Shown: piece after piece, positions 29,706-40,199 of the stretch
Layout: each line of letters begins with the position of its first letter
How positions within the stretch are numbered: position 1 is the first letter of the stretch
Source of the DNA: Macrostomum hystrix
Taxonomy: Eukaryota; Animalia; Platyhelminthes
Direction: 5' to 3'
DNA length: 64,000 nt
NCBI GenBank assembly: GCA_950097015.1
Contig: CATNEN010000038.1
Coordinates: forward strand, 1,302,001-1,366,000
Notes under the pieces: model-generated
Told to the model about the DNA's origin: nothing
Database searches by the model: none
Seen by the model: only the letters and a program-made list of their open reading frames with translations
Program-made: the position numbers and the translations under genes

Positions 29706-32700
29706 TCAGTACCTTCTGTTGGGTGGCAGCGGCACCGCAGTAAAAGAGCCTGGCAACACGGCGACAATCATCTTACTGGCATTTCGACTGTCCGGTGGCG
29801 AGGGAGCCACTCGGTTTGGCTCATTGTTTTCCGGCGACTGGGAAAAGTAGATCACCAGCGAGCCAGCGAGTAGCATCAGCTGCAATTGTGTTCCATTGTG
29901 CGATAATGCCTTGCCATGTAAGACTCAATCTATGGTCTAGCCTCAGTGGCCGAATTTGTGACATTTATCTCTCCCTCCTGCCCGTCTCATCGCTTTCCGT
30001 CTCATCTCTTCCCTGTCTCATCTCTCCCCTGTCTCATCTCTCCCCTGTCTCATCTCTCCCCTGTCTCATCTCTCCCCTGTGTCATCTCTCCCCTGTCTCA
30101 TATCTCTCCTGTCTCATCTCTCCCTGGTCTCATCTCTCCCTGGTCTCATCTCTCCCCTGTCTCATCTCTTCCCTGTCTCATCTCTCCCCTGTCTCATCTC
30201 TCCCTGGTCCTCTCTCCCTGGTCTCATCTTTCCTGTCTCATCTCTCCCCTGTCTCATCTCTCCCCTGTCTCATCTCTCCCCTGTCTCACCTCTCCCATGT
30301 CTCATCTCTCCCCTGTCTCATCTCTTCCCTGGTCTCATCTCTCCCCTGTCTCATCTCTTCTCTGTCTCATCTCCCCCATGTCTCATCTCTTCCCTGGTCT
30401 CATCTCTCCCTGGTCTCATCTCTCCCCTGTCTCATCTCTTCCCTGTCTCATCTCTCCCCTGTCTCATCTCTCCCCTGTCTCATCTCTCCCCTGTGTCATC
30501 TCTCCCCTGTCTCATCTCTCTCCTGTCTCATATCTCTCCTGTCTCATCTCTCCCCTGTCTCATCTCTCCCCAGTCTCATCTCTCCCCTGTCTCATCTCTA
30601 CCGTCTCATCTCTCCCCTGTCTTATCTCTCCCCTGTCTCATCTCTCTTCTGTCTCATCTCTCCCTGATCTCATCTCTCCCTGGTCTCATCTCTCCCTGGT
30701 CTCATCTCTCCCGTGTCATCTCTCCCCTTTCTCATCTCTCCCCTGTCTCATCTCTTCCCTGTCGCATCTCTCCCCTTTCTCATCTCTCCCCTGTCTCATC
30801 TCTCCCCTGTCTCATCTCTCCCCTTTCTCATCTCTTCCCTGTCTCATCTCTCCCCTGTCTTATCTCTCCCCTGTCTCATCTCTCTTCTGTCTTATCTCTC
30901 CCTGATCTCATCTCTCCCTGGTCTCATCTCTCCCTGGTCTCATCTTTCCTGTCTCATCTCTCCCCTGTCTCATATCTTCCCAGTCACATTGCATTTCCCT
31001 TTCAGTAATGAACTGGCATAGTGTACTAAGCATGCTATTTGATTGCTACTAACCAGAAACAGCAGAGAGCCAGCCAATGCAGGGAACAGGTAGTTCAGGA
31101 AGTATCTATCAATGTATTCATTGAACAATTTGTCATAGCAACCGATGGCATAGTTGCTCTCAGTGTTATTGTACGGGCAGTACGGGTTCAAAGGCCTGAA
31201 TGCTGTCAGGTCGAACTTGCAGCAAGTCACTGGATAGGTCAGATCTGAAATGATGTTTAATGCAATGGAAAGATCACCGGAATAATTCACAAATCTTTTT
31301 TTTTATTTTTTCTTTAAAGCATTCAACAAACCGACATGAAAATCCAGATTCTTGTCGAGTTATTTTGTGGCAAAAACCGACAATATAGGCATAGATTTTC
31401 TGCTCACAAAGTTTCATAGTAGAAACATGTCCTTGTCACGTGGGTCTTCGACAAGAGTCGCTTCTGGAAGCACCTGGGGACAAGATAAAGAGACTTTGCT
31501 CGTCACCTACAAAGCTATCTCCAGGCCCACGTCGACTACTGCGCCCCTTTCTGGTCGCTGGCCGCGCACAACGCATCATTGCCGGATGCCACCGCTGCTC
31601 GGGCATTGATCATCTCCATGACGAATGTACCATCCTGCCGATGTCCCTTCACTCCGAACCCCTGTTAGCGCAGTTCTGCACCCGTGCCATCCGTGTCATC
31701 ACCTCTCGCTCGATCCGGCACCGCGGCGGCAGCTTCGCTCCTCGCTCGCCACTTCCGCCACTAACTTCCTCAACGTGCACCGGCCGCTCCCCTGCCCTTC
31801 AGTGGGTCCGCTCTCTGTCTGCCAGCTCTCCAAAGCCCTCCACACTGCGTGCGTGCAATAACGCCTGATGGATCGGCCACCAAACCGGGTCCTCGGCGTG
31901 CCTCCGCCAATGATTGACGCGTCAGAGACTCAACTGCCGCGCTTTGCCCGTGTGACGCTTGCTCAACTCCGGTCAGGCTTCTGCTATCACCTTGCCAGTT
32001 ACAAACACCGCCTCGACCAGGAGTCACCTGCCACCTGCCCGCGGTGCCAAGACGAGGAGGAGTCGGTCGCGCATCTTTTCGCCACACATACACACACACA
32101 CACACACACACTCACACACAGACACGCAAGAGTCGTTGAATATCTTGACGATGCTTACGTCGGACGGCTTTGAAAGTTGGTTCATCGTGAAGGGCCGAAA
32201 ATTGTAATCCCTATGGTGGACTTTCACAAAAATTCGTGGTTCGGTTTGGGAGCTTTCGTGAAGTAGCTGCAGTGAGTATTTGAAATACCCCAGTGGTTTT
32301 TTCCCAGGGGGAAATAGCATGCATAATCCCCTATTTTAGTGTTTGTCTCATGAGGCGATAATAGATAAAATAGCTAATATACTCACTGAATGTAAAGTTT
32401 CTCCCGCCCTGACTAATGTGAAATCTCCTATCCCAGTTGACATTGTCAAAATCGCTGCCATTGTTGACACCGCAACAGCCGATGAAGATTTGCAGCAGAT
32501 TCTGCAGGAGGCTCTCTACGTTGCTGCTGGTGAATCCGGTGTAGCGGGTCACACTGTCCTCCATGGCTGCCTTGGCCGACCTCTTCAACTGAGCAGTTTT
32601 AAATCGAATGGGTTAATGAATTATTTCAAATCCACTAGGATAGGATATTTCAAATTTATTAACGCAATTTAATCGCTGTTGGGGAGACTTACAACAGTCG

Positions 32701-34089
32701 AGTCCGCGTACCAGATTATTACCACCGTCAGCTGGGCCACAAAAAATATCCCAATAAGGACTGAGTACTGCGGGACGACAGGCGTAGAGTGCATGTAATG
32801 TACTTTTATACTTTCACCTACAAATGTACTTTTAGCATTATCAAAACTGGATATTTAAATCACTTTGAGACTAGATATTTAAATGTCCACTAGATTATAG
32901 ATTAAAGGCTAGAGGCTAGAAATTGAGATCCCAAAAAGACTAGATATTAAAATCTCCATGAGACTAGATATTAAAATCTCCATGAGACTAGATATTCAAA
33001 TCTCCATGAGACTAGATATTAAGATCTCCATGAGATCTCAAAGTCATCAAGTTTCAGAACAATGGCCTACAAAATGATTAATAGTGAAAACAACTCACAA
33101 CAATGAGGCAGGCCCTGACTTTGCAGCAGGCTCCAATGCAGCCAGTGACTGACACGGCCACAATCATAGCGCCAAGTATGATGAAAACGATGCCGACAGA
33201 GCCCGTCACCGAGTTGATCACCTTCAGGATGTCGCTGACGCTGATGTTAATCTGTGCCTGCTCCAGCAGCTGGGTCAGCTGTTCAAGGAGTCGACTCACC
33301 GTATCGTTGTTGATGACGGTGTTCAGGCCGACAGTCAGAATCATGCCAATGGCAAAGATGAGTAGGCCGAGCAGCTGGAGTGAGTTCAATGAATGCTTGA
33401 TGTGATTTGCTCTGATTTCATGATTTTATGTTCATCTGTTGGACTAGATTCAGGAAGGATCGACACTGCCTGAAGGAACCAACCTCAGGAGTCACTCCAC
33501 CTGAAGGACCCAACCTCAGGAGTCACTCCACCTGAAGGACCCAACCTCAGGAGTCACTCCACCTGAAGGACCCAACCTCAGGAGTCACTCCACCTGAAGG
33601 ACCCAACCTCAGGAGTCACTCCACCTGAAGGACCCAACCTCAGGAGTCACTCCACCTGAAGGATTAACCTCAGGAGTCACTCCACCTGAAGGACCCAACC
33701 TCAGGAGTCGCTCCACCTGAAGGACCCAACCTCAGGAGTCACTCCACATGAAGAACCCAACCTCAGGAGTCACTCCACCTGAAGGACCCAACCTCAGGAG
33801 TCACTCCACCTGTAGGACCCAACCTCAGGAGTCACTCCACCTGAAGGACCCAACCTCAGGAGTCACTCCACCTGAAGGACCCAACCTCAGGAGTCACTCC
33901 ACCTGAAGGACCCAACCTCAGGAGTCACTCCACCTGAAGGACCCAACCTCAGGAGTCACTCCACCTGAAGGACCCAACAAGCAATCAGATGCAGTAAAAT
34001 GTGAGCCAGCTTACAATTGCAAGGTTGCTAACTGTGATCAGGAAGCAGGCGCATAGGCAACCGCAGACGCTTAATCCACAATTTGCCAT
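29706..34089 (-). CDS. Tetraspanin A, about 330 aa
   Basis: Six phase-compatible exons: 34089-34015, 33374-33099, 32767-32693, 32588-32387, 31244-31054, 29879-29706. Four TM segments, GCIGACC, EC2 CCG, PVTCC and IGCY motifs. Confidence 0.9.
29965..30980. repeat. 16-bp pyrimidine-rich intronic minisatellite (GTCTCATCTCTCCCCT)
   Basis: Direct periodicity in tetraspanin A intron 5. Confidence 0.95.
31455..32125 (+). mobile_element. degenerate 5'-truncated LINE (I-group-like) 3' fragment in tetraspanin A intron 4
   Basis: STWGQDKETLLVTYKAISRP; PPNRVLGVPPPMIDASETQLPRFARVTLAQLRSG...CPRCQDEEESVAHLF (C-terminal zinc knuckle); frameshifted and followed by (CA)n. Confidence 0.8.
32865..33035. repeat. 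short 24-bp intronic tandem repeat (GACTAGATATTAAAATCTCCATGA)
   Basis: About 5-7 imperfect copies. Confidence 0.8.
33470..33977. repeat. 31-bp intronic minisatellite (CCTGAAGGACCCAACCTCAGGAGTCACTCCA)
   Basis: Direct periodicity in tetraspanin A intron 1. Confidence 0.96.
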
Positions 34090-34283
34090 TGTCGAATCAC
34101 TTGAATGGTATTTTTATTTTACTCAGTTGTGAAATAATACAGTTTATTTTTCAACTCTACAGCTGACACACGAAACCCGACGTTTTTAAACTTTTAATTA
34201 ACACTTCTGCCCCCACAACTGAAAGCACAACAGTATCTGTAACCAATGACAACGGATAAAACAGACGTTGTGTACGCTATGCT

Positions 34284-35424
34284 CACTACCAATGTGACAC
34301 TAGATTACATGCACACAACACTGCTAGCGAGAGCATGTCATATTCTGAATCATTTCTGCATTTTAATTTAATCACATACAGGACCCGTGACTCAAGGCGA
34401 TTAAAAATAGATAAAATTCTTAACAGAAATCAAACTGAAACATATTTTGTTATTGACATAACAACTTTTCAACCTGATATTAGCCTTCTAATATGTTCCC
34501 AAAAGCACTCTAAATCTGGGATTTCATTGTCTGACCGGTTCCCACAGACTCTCTAAATCTGGGACTTCATTGTCTAACCGGTTCCCGCAGACTCTCTAAA
34601 TCTGGGATTTCATTGTCTAACTGGGTCCCGCAGACTCTCTAAATCAGGGATTTCATTGTCTAACCGGTTCCCACAGACTCTCTAAATCTGGGATTTCATT
34701 GTCTAACCGGTTCCCGCAGACTCTCTAAATCTGGGATTTCATTGTCTAAGCGGTTCCCACAGACTCTCTAAATCTGGGATTTCATTGTCTAACTGGTTCC
34801 CACAGACTCTCTAAGTCTGGGATTTCATTGTCTAACTGGTTCCCACAGACTCTCTAAATCTGGGATTTCATTGTCTAAGCGGTTCCCACAGACTCTCTAA
34901 ATCTGGGATTTCATTGTCTAACTGGTTCCCACAGACTCTCTAAATCTGGGATTTCATTGTCTAACTGGTTCCCACAGACTCTCTAAATCTGGGATTTCAT
35001 TGTCTAACTGGTTCCCACAGACTCTCTAAATCTGGGATTTCATGTCTAACAGGATTTGACAATCCTTCAAAGCCTGGAATGCAAATATATATTTATTAAA
35101 TGTGAATAACATAATTATTTTTCATATCACACTACTAGACCTGCTTTCCACTAATAAGTAGTATAATACGTTAGTTATGTTAAATTAATAGAATCCGTTG
35201 CAAATAAGTGTTTATTTGCCGCGTTTAAAAAGACAAAAATAAATCTCTTGCAGATCTTTCAATAATGTTGTGTCAATAACAAAAAATTATTGAGTTTTTA
35301 TTTCTGTTAAGAATTTTATCTATTTTTAATCGCTTTGAGTAAAATATGACATGAATATGACAGAATATGACATGCTCTTGCTAACAGTGTTTTGTGCATG
35401 TAATCTAGTGTCACATTGGTAGTG
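34284..35424. repeat. ~200-bp imperfect inverted repeat pair enclosing a 43-bp satellite (foldback/MITE-like)
   Basis: 34284-34490 is the imperfect reverse complement of 35250-35424 (shared ACTACCAATGTGACACTAGATTACATGCAC and GCGATTAAAAATAGATAAAATTCTTAACAGAAAT). Confidence 0.8.
34505..35050. repeat. 43-bp minisatellite (CTCTAAATCTGGGATTTCATTGTCTAACTGGTTCCCACAGACT)
   Basis: Direct periodicity. Confidence 0.95.
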
Positions 35425-35464
35425 TCACATTGGTAGTGTCACATTGGTAGTGTCACATTCATTT

Positions 35465-35660
35465 GGGGCGCAGCCGCGGAGAGAAGGCTTGGGGGCTTGT
35501 CGTGCAATTTACGCCCTACAGGGCCAACCTCTAAGGCACAGCGTAGGTGTAAGTGCCTGACGATGAGAAAGTCAGGGCAGATGTACACACCTGTATGAGC
35601 GTATGCCTGCGTACAGTATTTGTGTGCGTGTGTGCTCAGGAGTCAGCGAAATGGGCAGAA
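35465..35660 (+). mobile_element. interspersed repeat (SINE-like) fragment
   Basis: TTGGGGGCTTGT...CTGACGATGAGAAAG...GATGTACACACCTGT...GCTCAGGAGTCAG is collinear with the reverse complement of 62955-63110. Confidence 0.55.
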
Positions 35661-35749
35661 TTGCCTCCTCGCTGGCTGCGGGTCTAGTGTCACCAAATGA
35701 TGTGCCATTGCCCGCAGCCCTCCTGCAATAATTAATAGGAAGTAAAAAT

Positions 35750-35820
35750 CTGCAATCCCCGGTTGACATTGTCTAAACCGGTGAAATTGTTGACACCGCA
35801 ACAGCCGATAAAGATTTTGA
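35750..35820 (-). pseudogene. orphan fragment of tetraspanin exon 4
   Basis: KIFIGCCGVNNFTGLDNVN closely matches QIFIGCCGVNNGSDFDNVN of tetraspanin A; no flanking exons seen. Confidence 0.75.
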
Positions 35821-35887
35821 CTCTGAATGACTCTGAAATGACTAACAGCTCTAAATGACTAATCACTCTGAAATGACTAATGACTCT

Positions 35888-36830
35888 GAATTTGTAGATG
35901 GGGAAACTGCCAATTTGTAGATGTGGAAACTGCCAATTTGTAGATGGGGAAACTGCCAATTTGTAGATGGGGAAACTGCCAATTTGTAGATGGGGAAACT
36001 GCCAATTTGTAGATATGGGGAAACTGCCAATTTGTAGATATGGAGAAACTGCCAATTTGTAGATGGAGAAACTGCCAATTTGTAGATGAGGAAGCTGCTA
36101 ACTTGTAGGTTCAGAAAATGCCCCTTTGGTGGTTAAGAAACTGCCCATTTGTAGGCTCAGAAACTGCCAATTTGTAGATGGAGAAACTGCCAATTTGTAG
36201 ATGGAGAAACTGCCAATTTGTAGATGAGGAAGCTGCTAACTTGTAGGTTCAGAAAATGCCCCTTTGGTGGTTAAGAAACTGCCAATTTGTAGGCTCAGAA
36301 ACTGCCACTTTGTCGGTTCAGAAACTGCCCCTTTGTTGGTTCAGAAGCTGCCGCTTTGTAGTTTGAGAAACTACCACTTTATAGGTTAAGAAACTAACTG
36401 CCACTTTGTAGGTTGAAAAACTGCCAATTTTTAGGTTAAGAAACTGCCACTTTGTAGGTTAAGAAACTGCCACTTTGTAGGTTCAGAAAGTGCCACTTTG
36501 TAGGTTAAGAAACTGCCACTTTGTAGGTTAAGAAACTGCCACTTTGTAGGTTCAGAAAGTGCCACTTTGTTGGTTCAGAAACTGCCACTTTGTAGGTTCA
36601 GAAACTGCCACTTTGTTGATTCAGAAAGTGCCACTTTGTTGGTTCAGAAACTGCCACTTTGTTGATTCAGAAAGTGCCACTTTGTTGGTTCAGAAACTGC
36701 CACTTTGTTGATTCAGAAAGTGCCACTTTGTTGATTCAGAAAGTGCCACTTTGTTGGTTCAGAAAGTGCCACTTTGTTGATTCAGAAAGTGCCACTTTGT
36801 TGATTCAGAAACTGGCACTTTGTTGATTCC
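35888..36830. repeat. 23-bp minisatellite with a sequence gradient (AAACTGCCAATTTGTAGATGGGG to CAGAAAGTGCCACTTTGTTGGTT)
   Basis: Constant period with a progressively changing unit. Confidence 0.93.
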
Positions 36831-37290
36831 TACTCATTGACTTTCGCTGAGTCTCTGAAGCGACTGGACTTATGGATTCTGGACTTATTTTAGTGTTCTT
36901 ACTTGTTAAAGGAGATTTGTAATAACAGAAAAGTTTTTACTTCTGCAATTTTTAGGTATATTATCAATTAGGAATGAAAATAAGCAATCAATTGAACAGT
37001 CTTTCGTCGAACAGTCAAGCAATGTTTGTTGTACCCTGCTTAGTCAAATGCTAATTAGTCAGTCGAAATTCGATAGTTTTCGAGAAAAACATAAAATGAT
37101 ATCTTCTATTAGTCTATTAGTCTTCGATTTAGTCTTGATGTTTCACACCGGCGTTGTCATAGCAACGCAGGCTAGGCATGCAGTCAAATTTGCTACATAT
37201 AACTCTTAAATTAGCCTCGTCCATCATTTTAGCAAGCAATGCGATCTTCTAAAAAAACAAATTTAGAAAGATCAAATAACTTGAACAGAA

Positions 37291-39627
37291 ATGTCAACCG
37301 ACATCAACTCTGTCTTCTGTTGTCTTTGCAGCAGCTTTCTGGTGCTGGCAAATTTAATCTGGCTGGTGAGAAATTTTTCAGAATTTAATTTAATGAACAG
37401 TACAAAGACCACGCGTTATTTTACCTGGGTAAATACCTGTAGTTTATTTCAAATACCCGCAGGCTCGCAAACTGAATGACCGATTTAAGTGAAGGTCCTT
37501 CCGAAAGATCAAAATATTATTTAAATATTTGGGAGATACAGAGAAAAGAAAACGTGGGTAGCAGAAATACGTCTTTCTACTGCTTTCTTGAATTCTCGTC
37601 CGCCAACAAATCGTCCCCCCACCTTCCAGATACTCGGACTTTCTTGCATTGTCCTTGGCGCGGCCTGGGACCTACTGTTGAAATCAACGACTGCCAGCAT
37701 CGAGTCAGAGGATCTGCGCCTCATCATCGGCTACCTGCGATCTGTGGCCCGCGCGGCTGGCGTAGATGACGTCAGCTCGGCTGCTCATAATGCACTGCAA
37801 TTTGTTGGGCCAATCGACACAGTCCTGCTCCTGCTGGGCATCTGCCTCACACTGCTGGCTGTCCTCGGCTGCTGCAGCCTGGGCTGCAGGTCCCGCTTCT
37901 GCCTGGCTGCTGTGAGCAACTGCTGCACCACCTCACTGACCCACCACCTCACTGACCCACCACCTCACTGACCCACCACCTCACTGACCCACCACCTCAC
38001 TGACCCACCACCTCACTGACCCACCACCTCACTGACCCACCACCTCACTGCCCCGTCACCAACTGACCTACCACCTCAATGACCCACCACCTCACTGACC
38101 CACCACCTCACTGACCCACCACCTCACTGACCCACCACCTCAATGACCCACCACCTCACTGACCCACCACCTCACTGACCCACCAGCTCACTGACCCACC
38201 ACCTCAATGACCCACCACCTCACTGACCCACCACCTCACTGACCCACCACCTCACTGACCCACCACCTCACTGACCCACCACCTCACTGACCCACCACCT
38301 CACTGACCCACCACCTCAATGACCCACCACCTCACGGACCCACCACCTCACTGACCCACCACCTCACTGACCCACCACCTCACGGACCCACCGCCTCACT
38401 GACCCACCACCACAATGCCCTATCAACATTGCTTATCGATTAATCACTTTCCTTTTTTAGTACCTGGCCATCGTTTCGCTAGTCTTCTTTGCCCAGCTTC
38501 TAACCCTGATGCTACTGTACGGCAGCCCTGAATCTGTGAGTGAAATATTGCCGAGTGCTACTCTAATTCTTATTTACTCTAATTCTAGACTTATGCAAAT
38601 TCTGTTCGCAGTTCAAGGCTGTGGTAAAGCAGCTCATGGCGACAGGCTTGAAGCGCTACCGCGGCAGCAACTCGGCCAATGGTGAAAGCCTGCTGCAGAA
38701 CGCACTGCAAATCTATGCCGGCTGCTGCGGGGTTAATAACGGTAGCGACTTTGTAACAATGACCCAGCAGTGGGATCGCAGCTACACAGTCGAGCTCTTC
38801 AGAAAGACTGTTACCTATAGTGAGAGCTTAATATGCAATGTGGCACCCTGATTTCGATACATATTTTAATCAAAACCTAACTTCCTAAGCAGCCACTTCA
38901 ATCGATCCGTTCAAATCAATTCACTCCCTGAACAACCACCTCACTCCTCAACAACCACCTCACTCCTCAACAACCACCTCACTCCTCAACAACCACCTCA
39001 CTCCTCAACAACCACCTCACTCCTCAACAACCACCTCACTCCTCAACAACCACCTCACTCCCTCACGAAACACCTCGCTCCACACCTCACTCGTCAACAA
39101 CCACCTCCAGTCCATTACCTGAATTATCTATAAAGTATAATATAGATGCTTTCGTCGCTTCTTTCGTATATTCGCAAATTTATGATCAGCTTAATTTATT
39201 ATCCTCGTTTGATTATTTTAGACCTGACCTATCCAGTCAGTTGCTGCCAGCACGATTTGACCAAACTGAAGCTCCTGGACAGTTTCTGTCCAGTCAACAA
39301 CTTTAACTTCAGCAACCACAGGATTGGTTGCTATGAAAAGGTTATTCAATTTGTTGATCAATGCTTTGAGCGGCACAACATCTTCCACGCCCTGTCCGCG
39401 ATCGTTGGCATTCAGGTTAATACATACAAATCTAGATTTGTGTAACGTATAGTATGAACTTGAGTTGCTAGTTAGACAAAATCTGATCAATCTTAGATTA
39501 ACCATCCGTTTATCTAAGATTATTCCACTTCACTGTCATTAAACCATTTCAGGCTCTACTCATCGCTGGCATTTTGGTAATCTTTCGAGACATCACCGTA
39601 AGAAGTAGCAAGGTGCATCCCGTGTAA
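37291..39627 (+). CDS. Tetraspanin B, about 302 aa
   Basis: Six exons: 37291-37365, 37630-37911, 38461-38535, 38612-38819, 39222-39415, 39553-39627. GCCGVNNGSDF, YPVSCC and IGCY motifs; same intron phases as tetraspanin A. Confidence 0.9.
37925..38415. repeat. 16-bp intronic minisatellite (CCACCTCACTGACCCA)
   Basis: Direct periodicity in tetraspanin B intron 2. Confidence 0.95.
38930..39110. repeat. 19-bp intronic tandem repeat (CAACAACCACCTCACTCCT)
   Basis: About 8 copies in tetraspanin B intron 4. Confidence 0.9.
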
Positions 39628-40199
39628 ATTGACTTATTTTAATGGGGCTAACAAACTATTTGTTAAAACTTTTGTAATTTTGAAGTTAAATCCTCATTAT
39701 ATGGTTATACGCGCGGGTAATTTTCATTTGCCTTTACCTGAAAATCGAACATATAATAAAAATAAAATGTACGATAGCGTACATTGATGCTCAATCATTA
39801 TCATGTGCTAATAGTAACGCAATATCGCAAATGGCTGGAACACCATGTAAGTTCAAATGCATGAGGACAAAAAGTGCGGATTTTTTAAACGCAACGTTTT
39901 AGCATGATAAAACTAAATTTTAAGCAAATAAAGATTTTAATAGAACCATAGCATATGTCATTTAAATTTAAGGACATTCTTTATAAACTATGTTACAATT
40001 ATCTGATAGCACGAAACTAAATCTGAATCATTTAAATTTCTTGAGGAATGAGTAAATAAAACTTCTTGCTCCGATACGACTTATTTTATTGTTGTGTTGA
40101 TTGACTTTTGTATTTGTCAGTTGTTTACCAACTCCTCATTCAAAACGGACCAACGCAACAAACCAATGTTTGAAAACCGTTTCAATATCAAGCCAGAAA

